A DNA stretch of 62,952 nt, counting the filler, from Hyphochytrium catenoides (Eukaryota; Protista; Hyphochytriomycota), in assembly GCA_900088475.1 (NCBI GenBank). It is 6 parts of 6 records of this genome, joined end to end, with 100 filler letters (N's around TTAATTAATTAA, not from the genome) between each part and the next. Parts side by side here need not be neighbours in the genome. Positions count along the whole stretch, not along the records: positions 1 to 24,963 come from FLMG01004615.1; 5 more parts are not named here. One strand, written 5' to 3'. Shown here piece by piece: positions 1-14,800 of the stretch. Under the pieces are notes generated by a model. The model had not been told where the DNA came from. It was given only the letters and a program-made list of their open reading frames with translations, and made no database searches. How positions within the stretch are numbered: the stretch's first letter is position 1; every line of letters starts with the position of its first letter. The position numbers and the translations under genes were made by a program.

Positions 1-767
1 CATAGGCGAACGCCATTATGTGCTGTGCAGAAGCGTTGCCCAAGGACGCAGACTGCGTGTCGAGAGTATGAGCAATAAACCATTTGTGAACCTCGTGGTC
101 GGACAGAGTGAGAGACATAGCAATAGGCTCCCCCAGCGAGAGAGAGAGAGAGAGACAGAGACAGAGAGAGACAGACAGAGAGAGAGAGAGAGAGAAGCTA
201 CTGGCAACGAGGAATGCTTCTGTAAAAAGAGAATGCGCTCGCTATGAAAGAGTATGAGGAGGAACTTGAGAGAAGCAGGGAGTAGGAAGAGCTAGAGAGG
301 ACATGGAGGGCAGAAAGGGAGAGAAGGAGGTGCACAGGAAGAGAGAGAAGTGCAAGGACACCAGTTAAACAAGCGGGGCTCTCGCTTACCTTCTCAAGCA
401 AGCTGACAGCGAGTGTGAAGTTTCTTGTCAAGCTCTCATCTCTGCCAGATAATGAGCGCAGTCCCAGCTCTGCCAGCGCGTCAGCAATAACGGTAGAGTT
501 CCCTTGCTCTTGCTCTATGAAGAGCACTCTATCTCTTACTCTCTCGTCCCCAGTGTTATACAGGTGACTCAGACTCGCTTTCGCATCAGGGAGAAAGACA
601 CCGGAAGTGGGAGGGAGAACGCTTTGGTCTATCTCTCCTGCTGAAGAAGGCTCCGCAGATGATGAGAGGAGAGAAGATGAGAAGAGCAGAACTGCAATCG
701 CTCCCAACCCCCCTGCGTAGGATAAAACAGAAGAGGAGGAGGAAGGGGTAAGGTTGTTGCCAAACAT
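1..767 (-). CDS. Sel1-like repeat protein with N-terminal hydrophobic segment (SEL1L/HRD3-like), 5' part only
   Basis: Exon 767-390 (MFGNNL...LGAIAVLLFSSSLL...ALAELGLRSLSGRDESLTRNFTLAVSLLEK), GT-AG intron 389-53, exon 52-1 (SASLGNASAQHIMAFAY). The spliced product fits the Sel1 repeat pattern (A..LG..YL.G...RN.T.A..LLEK.A.LGN..AQ..LA..Y). Runs off the window; start codon uncertain. Confidence 0.65.
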
Positions 768-871
768 GTCGTCGCCTTGTGAGTCACGCTTCACTTCAAG
801 GGGTGACCGGCCATGAGAAACAGTATAAAAATGCAAGGAGAGAAAGAGAGAGAGAGAGACAGCGAGAGGAA

Positions 872-905
<34 letters not shown>

Positions 906-1419
906 NNNNNNNNNNNNNNNNNNNNNNNNNNNNNNNNNNNNNNNGAGAGAGAGAGAGAGAGAGAGAGAAAACAGCAAGGTGGTCGAAGAGGTAGCACAAG
1001 AGGGCGAAGACTGTCTCCGGCGAGATCTGTCTTGGTGGCTTACCTCCCCACCGAAGCATCCCTGCTATCTTGGAAGGACCCATGCTACGGAGAGAGAACG
1101 TGCTATGCGCGTTGACCCTACCAATCTAGATATTGTTGCTCCGTGGCGATGTTAGCGACTCAGCCGCCCTTCGAGCGAGATGGAAGAAAAGAGAGAGGGG
1201 GGACCCTTTCTCTCTCTTCTCTGCTCCTAGGGATCAGTCCCGCAATGCGCGATCATGAAGAGTCCAGGTCTTCGTATAACTCCCCAAGCAGAGCTCAAGA
1301 ATCCGGAGAGGGAGGCACAGAGAGAGCGCCGAAGAACTGCTCAAGGGCAAGGATGACAGGAAGAGGAGCAGGGCCAGAAAGGAAACGGAGCAACATGCTG
1401 GAGAGAGAGAGACACACAT

Positions 1420-1450
<31 letters not shown>

Positions 1451-1492
1451 ATAAGAGAAAGAGGAAGAGAGAGAGAGAAAAGATAGATAGAT

Positions 1493-1527
<35 letters not shown>

Positions 1528-2008
1528 TGCGAAGCCATCCCAGCCGGACCAGAAGGAGGTTTTGCTGTTGTGAGGGGGTTTTTCTTTGCTCTTTCTTGTT
1601 GCTTCTGAGCCCCTAATGTTATGTTAGGAGAACTAGCCAGACCTGGGTTTGTTATTATTAGTACTTTATCAAAACAGAAGTCAACAGATCCTCTTCCAAG
1701 CCCCAAAAAAATGCTTCCTAACACAAAGCTTTGTTTTTGCAGGCAGGACGCCTAAATTACGCTGTTGGCAAACGAAAGCAAGGTTTAATACAGCGCTGAT
1801 TAGGGAAGGTTACCCGAATATAAACGCCGCTGACGAAGCTAAGTGCCCAGATAGATTTAAAGAGTTTTATAGTTTTTATGTATGTGGATTTTATTGATTT
1901 AATTGGTGGGAGCAGTTGTGCCTTTCTCAACAGAACTGCTGGGTGCCCCGCTTCTCATCCATTTTTTGGCATTCTGATGATGACCCAAGTCAGTAGGCAC
2001 ACTACTGA

Positions 2009-2050
<42 letters not shown>

Positions 2051-2897
2051 GTAAGGAGAGAGAGAGAGGGGTAAAGAGAGCGAGAGAGAGAGGTAAAGAG
2101 AGAGAGAGAGAGGTAAAGAAAGAGAGAGAGAGGTAAAGAGAGCGAGAGGTGAAGAGAGGAGAGAGGTACTTGTAGAGAGAGAGGGACGTGAAGAGAGAGA
2201 AAGAGTGAGGTAGAAGCTGAGGTAGAATGAGACGGAGAGAGCGACAATTGGGTTATTAGAAAGAGTGGAGTGCACAAACTGGTTGTTTACAGAAGAGCCA
2301 GTCTGAGAGGGTTGTCTGCTACAAGCTGTTGTCCTCTGCATCTTTCCCATCGTGGCTGGAAGTCCTTCACAGTTCAACTTCTTCATCTTTACGACTTTGT
2401 TTATGTCTGGCCTAAGGTGCTAGTGAAGGAGAGCAGGGAACTTGGGGACTTCATCCTCGTCTCCCAGGTTGTACAAGAAGCACTACATGGCCTGGAGAAC
2501 CTTTGAAGGCGCATTCATTTTTAGGGAGACAGCGTGGTCCCTTCACTTGCAGAAAGGATTCACAAGATCGTGACGGCATAGGGGAGATGTGCCCTTCGGA
2601 TAGGGAGAGAGATAGCATATCTATTGCTGCCTGCGCTAAAGAAACATACCAAGAACAACAGTAGAGAGTCAAGGATGCAGAGATAAGATGTAAGAATGGC
2701 ACTTCACAACCCTTGGCATCAGAGCTAAAGCAAGTGAGAAAGTGAATACTAGGGATAGTAAGAGCCCAATCCCAGGCAGGCAATGGCTCCAGTCAACAGT
2801 CATCCACTCTCTAGTCAAAATGATACGTTTTAATCAGAACATAGTCCTCATGTCCTTCTCGTCGTCATTCGTCTTCTCTCCTGTCTAAGTGCTCTCG

Positions 2898-5800
2898 TTA
2901 GTGGACGGCTGCCGTCTGTACATTGGGGTTTCCGCCCGTAAAGAGCCTGGGGGTGATGCTCATGGCCATTAGCTCCTGAAAGAGCAGCTTGCACGCGTAA
3001 GGAATGTGGATCTGAGATATCTTTGTTTTGTTTCTGCAATGACGGCACTCGAAGGTCATTTTCCTGAGGTTGGCAATGGCGATGAGTCCGCAGATATCGC
3101 AGATGTGAATGCGATAGGCGTCAGAGTTGGCGAACAGCCTGTCCATGAGGAATCCAGCCGAGCCGTGTGAGATAAGACAGTCTCGTTCCATCTCTCCCAT
3201 TCTTAGTCCTCCGTCCCTCGCTCTTCCTTCCATAGGCTGCCTCGTCAACATGGTGACAGGCCCCCTGCTCCGAGAGTGGATCTTATCGTCCACCATATGT
3301 TTAAGTCGCTGGTAGAAGGTAGGACCGATGAAGATCTTCGCCTGAAAAGGAAGCAACAGACAGATGTACGAGCATGTTGGTATGGCATGGTTGAAATGAT
3401 AAGCGGGGGAAGGCAGAAGAGGGCAAGAGGGAGTCTTACTATCCGCGCACAGAAACACATGTTTAAAAGTCTAGAAGAGGCCTGACAGAGATTATAAAGA
3501 CAAGTTATAGCAGCTCACCTCCAGCGGTCTGCCTGTGTGGCCAGAGTAAAGAACTTCATTGCCATATCTCTGATAGCCCAGCGCATGAAGGGAAGAAGCA
3601 ATGTCGTCTACGGTTACGTCTGTGAAGGGCGTTGCATCACCCTCATCACCAGTCATCGATGCAACCTGAGGGAAAAATGACGTGAGATGGAGACAGAAGC
3701 GATGGCCACGTTTTGGGGAGATAGAAGTAAAACCGCCGCGATAGGAGCTAATAAATCCTTTTTATGACGCAGACAGCAGATTCTTGATCTACACGCGACA
3801 GGTGGAAGACAGAAAAGACGGCAAGAGGAGAAGCAAGCCAAAAAGTCCATGTGTACAATGCCAAAGCGGGGAGCTTACCTTCGAGAAGAGACATTCGACA
3901 AGATGTCCGATGGTCATACGCGACGGGATAGCGTGCGGGTTGACAATAATATCCGGAGAGATGCCTTCAATAGTAAACGGCATGTCCTCCTGGCGGTAGG
4001 TCATACCAATGGTACCTGATCCGAAGGCCAGACAATGTATTAAATATGGTTTAAGAAGTAGAGAACCGAACACAATCGAAGCCTCGAACGTAGCAGACAA
4101 ATATAGCGGTCACACTGATGCTGACAGACAAACGACGAGTATGCGCCTCTCGCTGTAGCAGTTGGAACAGATCAAAATAGGGCGCACAAGGGTACAAAAG
4201 CAGGAAAGGCAAGAATAACTCAATTCTCGAGAAGGTGAATCATGGAGAAAGCAAAGAGCATCCAGGCAGAAGGGCAAGGAATACAAAGGTAACTTACCCT
4301 TTTGACCGTGTCGACTAGCAAACTTGTCTCCAATCTGTGGAATTCTAATGTTTCTTATGCGAACCTTGCAAAACTTAGCCCCTTGCTCGTTAGTAGTGAG
4401 CATGACCTGATCGATGATACCGTTCTCATGAGAGCGCATCGATGTGCTACTATCTCTCTTCTGCGCCCGCTGAGGGCCCAGACTCTCGTCGGTTGTCTAA
4501 AGAAGGACAAGGGAGGTGTCAAATCCTAGACTACGTTCTCCTAGACACTTCACAGTCTAGAAAGGATAGGGACGAAAGGAATCAGCCGCGAGTCGCACGG
4601 CTGATCTACCAATAGTTACAAACAACGAGGAAACCGCCCTATGAGCGTACGTACGCGGCCTCAAGATTACTGAAAAGGGTTGAGGATGGAGAAGGTTGTG
4701 GTACAAGAGATCTTGCTTACCTGTATGGGTGTAGTCTTCCCAATAATAACATCGTTGCCTGACACTCGTGTCCCCGGGGCGACTAGTCCGTCCATATCTA
4801 GCTTGTCATATGACCCGTGTCTGAGACCAATACAGGTGTCCCTCGATGGCTTCTCGAACTCCTCAGCTGCCACACTCCCAGGTCTGGTGTGCTCCTGGAG
4901 TGAAATACGAGAAATAGTTGGTAGTTAAGAGCTAAGATAGATTGTCCTCTAACCCAAAAACGGGAGGCGCGCAGTCCTGTCCAAGCTATCGCTCCCTAAC
5001 TTCGCATCCCCTTTCCTATTAAGCATCAGTACCAACGCCTCCCGGAGACCCCTTAAGCTCTTTCCCACGAAATAGATGACGGGAGGCTAACAACAATACA
5101 AATTCGCAAATGACGCCCTGCGTCTTCTTTGGACTCCCGCTCTCCCTTGCTCTGGCATTACCTGGTCCACATAGGATCTGAAGAACATCGATCGAAAGAG
5201 CCCTCTATCGATGGAACTTTGATTCATAATCAACGAATCTTCCTGATTGTACCCCGAGTAACAGGCGATCGCCACGATAGCGTTGACTCCTGACGGGAGT
5301 TCCCTAAAGTGTAGGAATTCCATCGCACGTGTCGTTACTAAGGGCTTCTGAGGGTAGCACAGGACGTGAGCTAGAGTGTCCATTCGAACCTAGAGGAGGA
5401 GAAACGTGGGGTTAAAGAATGTTTAAGCCAACAGTTTCCAAGGGCCAGGTCAAAAACAAGGTTAGAGGGCCACGGCTATACCTGGAAGTTGGATGCATAA
5501 ACTCCCATCGCCTGCTTGCCCATAGCGCTTTGATAGGTGTTACGAGGAGACTGATTGTGATCAGGGAAGGGGATGATAGATGCACAAACGCCTAGAATCA
5601 TTGACGGATGGATCTCGCAGTGTGTATAGGTAGATGAGTAGCCTTGGTTCTCCTTTAAATCAGCAGGAGACATCGCAATCATCGTTGTCTCTTCCTCCTC
5701 GGTATCAATTAGTTCTACCAGCCCCTCTGTTTGGGATAGCATAAGAGCGAAATGTAAGAGAGACTGTTGCGTGAGTCGGAATAACAGCTACTGCTCTCTC

Positions 5801-8800
5801 CTTAGCATGTCCATTTCGAATATCCTATTTCCTTTTCCTCTATCTATGTAGCTAATGTCCCTGTATTTTCAACCGGTAGCCTTTGCCCGTAGCTTTTGCG
5901 CTACTCTTCAAAAAGATCCAGTATCTCCTACCTCGTAGCAGCTGATGCCAGCCATAGTCAATGTTCTTGTGCATGAGCTTCAGTATGTGGTGCTTCTTGA
6001 TTTTCAACTCCTGCTTCTCAACCACGAACAGGGGACGCATGATTCTCCCAGCGTCTACATATATTCTAAGTTCCCTGTTGGCAATATCTCTCACTGCTGA
6101 AATCTCCGGGTCTACTTGACAACTCCGCCTGAATTGAATCATCGTGTTGATCAACTCGTTGGGATCGCGGTGGATGCCTACCCAGTTGCCATTCACAAAG
6201 ACCTACACGGAAGAATGTAATAAGGTGAGCAAAAAGGAGACTCATATGGGTTTATGCAGCAAAAACGGTCAAGGCAAAAGGCAACGTAAGCAGGGATCAT
6301 AGCCTAGCGAGGTGTAGCAAATGCAGCAGAGTCATTAGATTAGTAACGACATGGGGCTTTGTACAGGTAGCGAGGGAGAGAGGGAATCGTATAGGGTAGG
6401 CTCTAACGGCACCTTGGTAGACTCTGGGACCATCTGCGGCGCAATTTCCTCAAGGTTCTCCAGACCCCATTCCTCTAGAAACTCCAAAATTGGCGCTTGC
6501 GACGACCCAACTGAGATGTACGACATCAATGCCAGATTCTTCACGAGACCCACCGCCTGCCCTTCAGGGGTCTCCGCTGGACAGATCATCCCCCAATGCG
6601 TGTTATGCAGCTGACGAGGCTTGGCCTGTAAAAAGCAAAAAGGAAGGGAGTGATCAACAGCCCGTCGTACTCGCCGTACTCAGCTCACGATTCTAACAAT
6701 GGTGTCAAATAGCTCCCCGATACTTAGTTTCTCTTACCTGCTTGCCCTCTCTGCCGAGTGGTGTGTTCATACGTCGTAGGTGAGATAAGGCTGAGGCATA
6801 GGTCAATCTATTTAACACCTGGCTAACTCCTGCCTGTGTCGCGGCTTTTTGCATCCCCCAGTTGCCTGTTGCCAGTGAATACTTAAGCCCAGACGAGATG
6901 GTCTTTGGCTTGATGGCACGGTTAAGATTGAAGTCTTTTCCGGCATCTACACATTTTTGTAGGTCCTTCTTGATGTTCTTGGTTAGTTGCCGAAACAGAA
7001 CGCGGAAGAGCCCTGCCAGTAGTGGACCCGCCAAATCTAATCGCTTGTTTCCATAGTGATCACGATCATCTAGTAAAGATAACAACCAAAAGGACAAAGA
7101 GGCATAGGGTTAGCTGAGGCGCCAAGATCCTATGGATGAGTACAAGTGAGGCCCAGGGAGATGCGATAAGGGTACTTGAAGTCATGACACCAGAGAGAGC
7201 GTAACTCTTTCTCACAGAAACTGTGCAGACAAAAGCACGTCATTAGCAAGCGAGAGGGACTTGCGATAGAAGAAAATGATACGTTTTACGAGGTCCACCA
7301 AATGCAAGCGGACACTCTTCCACCTTTTACCTTCTTCTAAGCGTCCGAGCGAGCACATGAGCAGCTTATGCACCACATAACCCAAGAAATACACCTTTTT
7401 CCTCTCGCAGTGCTCCTCCACGCCAACGTGTGGAAGCATCTCCTTTTGCAGTATATCATAGGCATAACGAACTCTGTCTTGCTTGCTAGCATAGATCTGG
7501 CTTCCTCTCCTTCCGATAAAGTCCAGGGCTACATTCTGATCCTGGATGACGAAGGCTTCTTCTAAGCTAGGCCTGAACTTCTCCATTAGCTCTCTGTCGG
7601 ACATGTCGTACGCGATGTGTTCCAGGATGTCCCTGTCTGCCACAAAGCCAAGTGCACGGAAGATGGCAACAATTGGGATGTCCGTTTTGATGTAAGGGAT
7701 GACGGCTCGAATTTGATTCCCTATAGATAGTTGCATTGTTTTCAGTCCCACTTAGGCTTCAACTGCATTAAGTTGGTGGTAACTGCGTGATACATCAGCG
7801 AAGCATGCTGACAGGCTGGTGTAGAAGAGAGTTGAACGAGATGAACGACAAGATGAATGTTTCAAAGGCAGTCAAGCTAGAGGACACTTCCGCGCAATCA
7901 AGCTCTGGGCAGTAACACACTTTGCTCACAAGTCCACGTGCAAAACAGCGACAGCAGAACAAGACAACAACAATATCTTCCGCGTGCCCTTACCTTCTCC
8001 CATTCCTCTTCCCCCACGGTTATACATCTGCACATACATCGTACTTGTAGGCCTTGCACCTCTCTCAACATGGGAACGGATCTCGCAGACCCATGACCAC
8101 TTGGCAGAGTGGTGCTTTTTAAAGCAGTAGACGTGGTTGTTACTCAGCCTTTCTTGGGCAATGAGAACCTTCTCACTGCCGTTGATGATAAAATAGCCAC
8201 CTTGGTCGTAGATGCACTCCTTGAATTCTGTAAGCTCTTTGTCGGTCTTGCCATGAAGCTAACGAGGATAAGCGATGAGTATGTTGGCGCAGCAGTACAC
8301 CGGATAGAGAACCCAAAAGGGCGGAAGTGAGAAAAGATGCTGAAGATGGACGGCATACTTCACAGAGCAAAGGGAGAGCCAGAAATAAGAGGACTGGAAC
8401 AGAAGTAGGAAGACTCATGGAACTGGATGATAGAACGTCATTGGGCCTTCGTCAGAGCCCTCATCTACCGCGCTCAGGCAAAGCTTACCTGGCAGAACGA
8501 GGAACGAAGCATGATTGGGACATAGCCAATCAATTCCTGATTGATTAGAGAGCGATCATAGGGCTCCTGGTCATCAAAGCTGCCAATATGAAACTTCTCC
8601 AGCGTCACATCGACGTATAGGGGCGCAGAATAGGTAAGGTTTCGAAGCCGAGCTTCGTGAGGATAGAGATAGCTGGTACTTCCATCTGCCTCTCGTGCTA
8701 TCGGCTTTCCCAAGTACAGCCGGCCGAAAGAGATTTGGAACATCGTGTCTGTCTTCTTCTGCCCTGGGTTATATTGAGACTCCGGTGTAATTCTGATACT

Positions 8801-8965
8801 CCTAGAGTCATCCACAAGCTCCTGCATGGTGTTTTGTATGAACTCATCGAAAGAATCTAGCTGTTGCCGAACCAGGCCTTTCTCTGTAAAGTAGGCGACA
8901 ATGACAGCCCAGGCATCCTCTTGTGCAATGTCCTGCTCGCCGTCTACTGCGTCTGCCCAATCCAT
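2898..8965 (-). CDS. RPB2: DNA-directed RNA polymerase II second-largest subunit, 13 exons, 1173 aa
   Basis: Exons 8965-8489, 8258-7994, 7720-7331, 7069-6738, 6625-6413, 6202-5932, 5726-5482, 5389-5162, 4894-4721, 4496-4298, 4015-3879, 3665-3519, 3341-2898; all GT-AG and phase-consistent. Motifs [85 protein letters not shown]. Confidence 0.99.
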
Positions 8966-9905
8966 GATTGGCGTCTACCGAGAGTTACGTCACAAACAAG
9001 TGCCTGTTGTGGGAACCCTGTGAAACCCCAGAAGAGCCTAACTATCAATGCCCCTGCGCTTCTTCGTTCTCGGTGCTCTCACAAGTGGGAAAGCTCAGCA
9101 GCCAAGACGCTAGGAGAGTTAGTTCACAAGTTCCTACTGGACAAGAGCGAGCATAACAGAGACCTCCACGTCACTCCAGGCAACAAGGGAACTTCCTCTT
9201 GCAACCTTCCGGCATATGTTTCCCTCCTCCAAAAGCGGGATTGACCTCAGACGGAGACGGCAGAGCTTTGCTTGCGAGCGCTGCAGACTATTGCGTCTCT
9301 CATCCACATCGAGACTGACAAGAGATTTCCGCTGCGCTTCAAGAGACCGAAATTATGGATCTCAACAAAAAAGAGCCCCAAATTCTCTTCAAAGCACACT
9401 CTCGCGCTCAAACACACATATTACAAGTACAAGCCCCACTCATAGGCCGGTCCTTTAAGGACCTCCACACACACAGAGGTTATTGAATAAGAAAGCTCTA
9501 ATACGCAGGTGACCAAGAGGTTAGGGATCCTTAAAGGGCCGACGCTAGAAGTGGTAAAGTCACTCATTTCAAGATGTAAAATGTCTGTTTCACACTGGTG
9601 CTGCGTTGTGGAATCGTAACCTTACGGATGTGACAATGTGCCAAACTGACAAATGACCTTTTGCTTCTGGGCCATCATCATGACCCATCTAAAGCGTCTT
9701 ACTACGACTAGATCTCCATAGATAATGTACCTACTATGGGCTAGTATTGGAAACTATTACTTGTTGACATGTCTGTGGCCACCAAAATTGTGCAGTTGCG
9801 GGAGAATCTGAAGCTTTATGCAAATCAATCGGAGGCGAGAGACGCAGATCTGGCAGAGTATTTGAGCTCAAATAGGAGAACTCTGCCGGTATTAACGTGG
9901 TAACC

Positions 9906-11289
9906 ATGGCGGATATTATATACCTGCAGTCCGAGTCAGTGAACAGGGTGAAAGTACACCCCCTTGTGCTTTTCTCCATCCTGGACCACTTTACACGGCG
10001 ACCAGAAGGCCAGACCCGTGTCATAGGTATGCTCCACTATTTAGGGTTTGTCGTATGCGGACAGAGGCAGAGGCTAAGCTTCATATCCGTATGCCTTCAA
10101 TAAAGGCACTCTTCTAGGCACAATTGAGGAGGGTGTGGTAGAACTGAAGAGCAGCTTCGCTGTGCCTCATCTCGAGAAAGATGAGGAGGTTGCTGTGGGC
10201 AAGGACTTCAACCGTCAGATGCTTCTGATGCACAAAAAAATCAACCCTCAGGAGGACATAGTTGGCTGGTAAATGATAATCCTTCCTTTCGTCTATTACG
10301 GCTGGACAGTCAGTAAGAGATGCATGTTTCTCTTGTGTAGGTATGCCACGTCGCTGAATGGGATCGACATTACAGAGCATTCTTGCCTTATCCACGACTT
10401 TTATGGCACTGAGTGTAATACTCCTGTCCACTTAGTCGTGGATACTGCCCTGACCAACGACCAGCTCTCAATCAAAGCTTTCGTCAGCACTCCGCTCACT
10501 CTAGCTGACAGAGCGCTGGAGAGTCAGTTCCAACAGATCCCTGTTGAGTTGGCCTTTGAAGACCATGAAGCCATTGGCGGTACCGATTTACCTTCTACAT
10601 TATCTTCTGCCCTTTGTAATCAGACCACAAGCTCTTGCATTACATGGATCCCTGGACTACTTACTATCTGGCTTAGGCTGGATGACTTCATTTCTTTTGA
10701 TAAGCATTCTTTATGTCTACGCCCCTTTCTTCTTTTTGTCTGTAGTCGATGCAATGATGAAGAACAAGAATGGACCCTGGTCCGTGGAGACTGTTGCCGA
10801 TATGGGCAATGACCAGGAAAAGCTGGAGGCCTCTATGCGAAGGTTGCTAAGCCTTCTTGAGACGACCAGTGACTATGTACAGGATGTCGTGGTGAGTGTG
10901 CTAGGTATAAGGCATTCCTCTGCTGCTCCTTACTATCTAAAGATAAAGACTCACACTGTCATCCTGCGTGACCTTTCTTCTCGCACAATTGTCGTATGTG
11001 GACTGGCTATCGACATTCATTCTCTGAGCGCCGCTAATTTGACCAATATTTCATTCACGAGTCTGACCCTCCTCTCGCTCTTGCTATATGGAAGGATGGC
11101 AAGGTACCAAAGGACAACGACATTGGCCGCAAAATTGCCCACACTGTGGCTGCTGTGCCGACAGTGAACCCCGAGACCTTTGACCGAGTCTTCAACAACA
11201 GCATGCACGATCTCCTCATGATTTCCTACCTCTCCAACCTCACTAAGGCCCAGTTGGCCATTGCCAATAAGCTCTGCACGAGTACGTGA
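9906..11289 (+). CDS. EIF3F: Eukaryotic translation initiation factor 3 subunit F (MPN domain), 5 exons
   Basis: VKVHPLVLFSILDHFTRR...RVIGTLLG, SFAVPH, IVGWYAT, HLVVDT and C-terminal FNNSMHDLLMISYLSNLTKAQLAIA across GT-AG introns; stop TGA 11287-11289. Head-to-head with RPB2. Confidence 0.93.
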
Positions 11290-11823
11290 TAGAGGGAAGA
11301 AACTTTTGCGGGCAGCTGCAAAATAGCCTGATTAGAGATAATAGCAGGCCACTTGAGCTGTGGTATGTATTTGAACGACGAAGGCAACGAGCAGGGCGAG
11401 ATCTGGCTTCTTTCCGCCGCAATCGCCCCAAGTCTTTCCCAAGAGGGCCTTCCGAGGATTGAGGAGGCTAGCTCTGATGTCATCTGTCGAAGAACTTGTA
11501 GGTTGAGAAGCCTGGTCGGCGATCTACAACTCATAAAGATAACAAGGGGTGACTGGAGATTTGATCTTTGCATCTGCCATTGCCACCGCCGGACTGCCAA
11601 GTCCTCCCGATTTTTCTACACCTATGTCAATAGATCCTCGAGCCTCTGCCTTCCTCTCGCTCTGGCTGCGACTAAGAACCCTGTCGTGTAGTTATTTATA
11701 GAGCTGAGACGGTTTTGGTGGGCTGGAGGCGCTACCACAATCAGGGCTCCCTGTCTGCTCTGAGACACCTCCGTTCCGTTGGTGTTGCTCTCTATCGTAT
11801 TGTGTTGCTCGATTGTCTTTCTG

Positions 11824-14800
11824 CTATAAGGACGACATATCCATCAAATCGCGTCTCTGGTTCTCTAGTAGCTGCGCTGTCCGTTGACTTCGGACGGAAA
11901 GGATGTCTATCTCTTCCTTCAGTTGGTCAATGATGTCGTCCTTTTTGGCAATTGCCTGGCGGACTCTGCCGTGAAGAGCATCTAATTCTTCCTCCTGTTG
12001 AAGTGCAGCACAGAGAGAGGGCCGTAGTCAGGAAAAATGCAAAGTGGTTTAAGCCTGTACCTATGCAGAACGTTTAGAGGCTCATCGCTGAACAGACAGG
12101 AAGGAGGCTAGAGTGACCGATACTGATACTTAAGAAGCTGCCTTTCCGTATATAGGTAGCTTACATGTTGGCGTTTAACACGCTGGACCTCTTCCCGGTA
12201 TTCCTTTTGAGTAGAGTCGAGCTGAGCTTTGACAGCTGAGAGATCGCCTTCCAAATCTGTTCGCTTTCTTATCTCCTTTTTCTGTTCCTCCCCTAGCTCC
12301 ACCAACACCTGCTTATAGCGTTGCTCACTCTCTGTTTCTATTTGACGGACATGGGCCATTAGATCCTCGTTCCTCTTTCTGAGGCTCTCGATCTCTCTCT
12401 CTAATGCAATCTGTCCAGCGCTTGCCCTTTCAGTAACCTCATCGGCCAGCTGGACCCTCTTCTCTAAGGTCCTGCGATGGCGAAAGTCAAAGAATGAGAA
12501 TTAGAAGGACACGGGATCAGCAGATTCGTCTGGACACGGGATCAGCAGATTCGTCTGGTCGGAGGTAGAAAAGACAAAAGAAGAAAAGGTACGAAGCGCA
12601 GGAGATGGCACGACCAAACGCACCTGCATTTCTCCATCCATTCATTTTCTGCACTTCTAGCTATCCGAATCGCTTGCTCCATTCTCTTTCGCTCATCTTC
12701 CAAACGCTCTTCAACAGTCTCGTCTTGTCTCTCGGTCCTTTCCTTCATTTCCGTCTTTATCAAAAGTCATAAGTTTCGTTGTGACATCAAATAGGGAGGG
12801 TGAAGAAGGAGGAAAATCCGTGACGAGGGTGACTCAACGAAGCTGAGCAAGCGCAATTGACAATGTTACGGTAAGCCGAAGGGAGCAGGGGTCATATTGA
12901 GACCAGAATCGGATAGGCAGTTTTTTCCTCCCGTGGCACTACCTGAAGCTTCCTTATAACCAAGTCGATCTCTCGATCTCTCTCCTCTGTTAACTTTCTC
13001 CGTAGCTCTTCCTCCTTAGCCAATGCTTCTTGTCTGAGCTTGGTCATCATATTTTCCTTCCACACCTCTCCTTCTATGTTCTGCTTCTCACTTTGTGCCG
13101 CTAACTCCGCAGCGTGCCGTCGCCGTATCTGACCGCAGAGCAATTCCCATTATTGGCAGAAGAGAAGGAAATCCCAACCTGTGCTTTCCCACCTGTTCTT
13201 TCTCCTCCTCAAACTTCCCGCGAAGCTCTTCCAGCCGTTGCTCGTTCGTCTAAGGTAAGAGGGGAATAGGAGACTCAGGAAAGGGCCGAGCAAGACAACT
13301 GTACGATGGCCTGCACCTTCTGCAGCCGCGTTACAACCATGCTATGTTCTTCTTTTGTCTGTTGAAGTTCGACAAAAAGGCGGCCGCGAGCTGCCTCTCC
13401 TTCTTGCTCCAATCTACTTCGCAGCGTCTATACGTTCAGCATCAGTACGCAGCTGAGTTTCGAAGGCGAAAACAACGCACACCTTCAACTGATGTTGGAA
13501 GTTCTCCTCTTGCTCTTCTAGCTTCTTTGCCGCTCTTTCTCTCTCTTGCTGGACTGAAGCATCTCGTTCCCGGAGAAGGAGCTCTCTCAATTGCCTTTAG
13601 TACGTCGCGAAGGTGGCAGCAAAGAGTTAAAGGTGTACGCGCAAAAACGCAAGCCAATTAGCACCCGCACCGAACAGTCTCTTCTTTTTCCTCGTCAAGG
13701 GCTCGCCTTAGCTGCAATTGCTCTTCCTGTGGGTGGGAAATATGAGGACGGGCTGAGAATTTTTGCTATATCGCCGCCTTCGGAGGAGGCAATGGGATGT
13801 AGGCGACCCGAGAAAAGCAATGCATAGCTCGAAGAGGTAGGGGAACTTGATAACTACAAGGAAAGTAAAGACCACCCCAGGCAAAACAGCGCAACGACCC
13901 TAGAACTGGGACGTGAGAATGATGGCAGCGCTATTCGCCCAGAAAGGGAGTGTAGTCAGGTGTCGTTACGGCCGCAGGAGCCTGTGGAGGTGGCAGAGAA
14001 ATAGCACTAGAGAAAAGTAGTAGCTGCTCACCTTTGCCACCTCTTCCAAGCGATGCAGGTCCTGCTTATGTTTTTGTAAGATCCCTTGGAGCTCTGGCTC
14101 CAACCCCTTTATAGTTCTTTCCTTGATCTCTTTCTCCTTCGCTGCCTCCTGTGAGTAACGGTCATCACTATCCAAGAGCTCATCCTGTCCATTCGAAAAC
14201 CTTACCCATTTCTCTCTATTAGATTTCTCAGCGATTTGCCATTTTTCCCGGGCTTTCTTCAGCTCCTTTGCGGCTGCTTCTTTTGCTGACTCTAACGCAG
14301 CTTCATGGCTCCTCTCTAATTCTTTGGTCTCCCCTGTGAGAGCTTCTACCTTCTCCGCAAGGGATGACTGAGCACAAGGGGTAGAAAACGCAACCCACCA
14401 AGAGGGGAGTTAGGATTCGTTTGTGCTTTCAAGAGGTGTTGAAGCGATGGCCACATCGTGGTGCCAATCTACCTTGTCAGCCAGAAGACGGTCAACGAAA
14501 CCGAGCTGCCGTTCTATGGCAGCCTCGTACTCCAACCGCTGCTTCTCTGCTCTGAATTCCATCTCTTTACACTGAGCATAGAAGATTAGGTTAGACTTAT
14601 GCCTAGAGAGCAGAAGCTGCATGGGACTGCGAGGTTAATGGAAGCCCCATGGAATTGGTGACAAGATGCTCAAGGGTAAAGACATCCAACCTTCTCCTGC
14701 AGAGTGGCTTCAAACCTTTCTTTGTCTCTGCGTCGAGCTTCCCGTAGCAACTCGATGGTCTTGCCCTTCTCCTGCACTAGAGTTAGCTCTTGCCCATGTA

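Noticed and set aside
779-2386. Many SLSL/RERE ORFs here and throughout the window
   Set aside because: Artefacts of (AG)n/(CT)n microsatellites.
12507-12558. 25-bp tandem duplication in a CEP131 intron (similar 33-bp pair at about 26119-26180)
   Set aside because: Simple slippage duplications with only two units and no spacers; not CRISPR-like.
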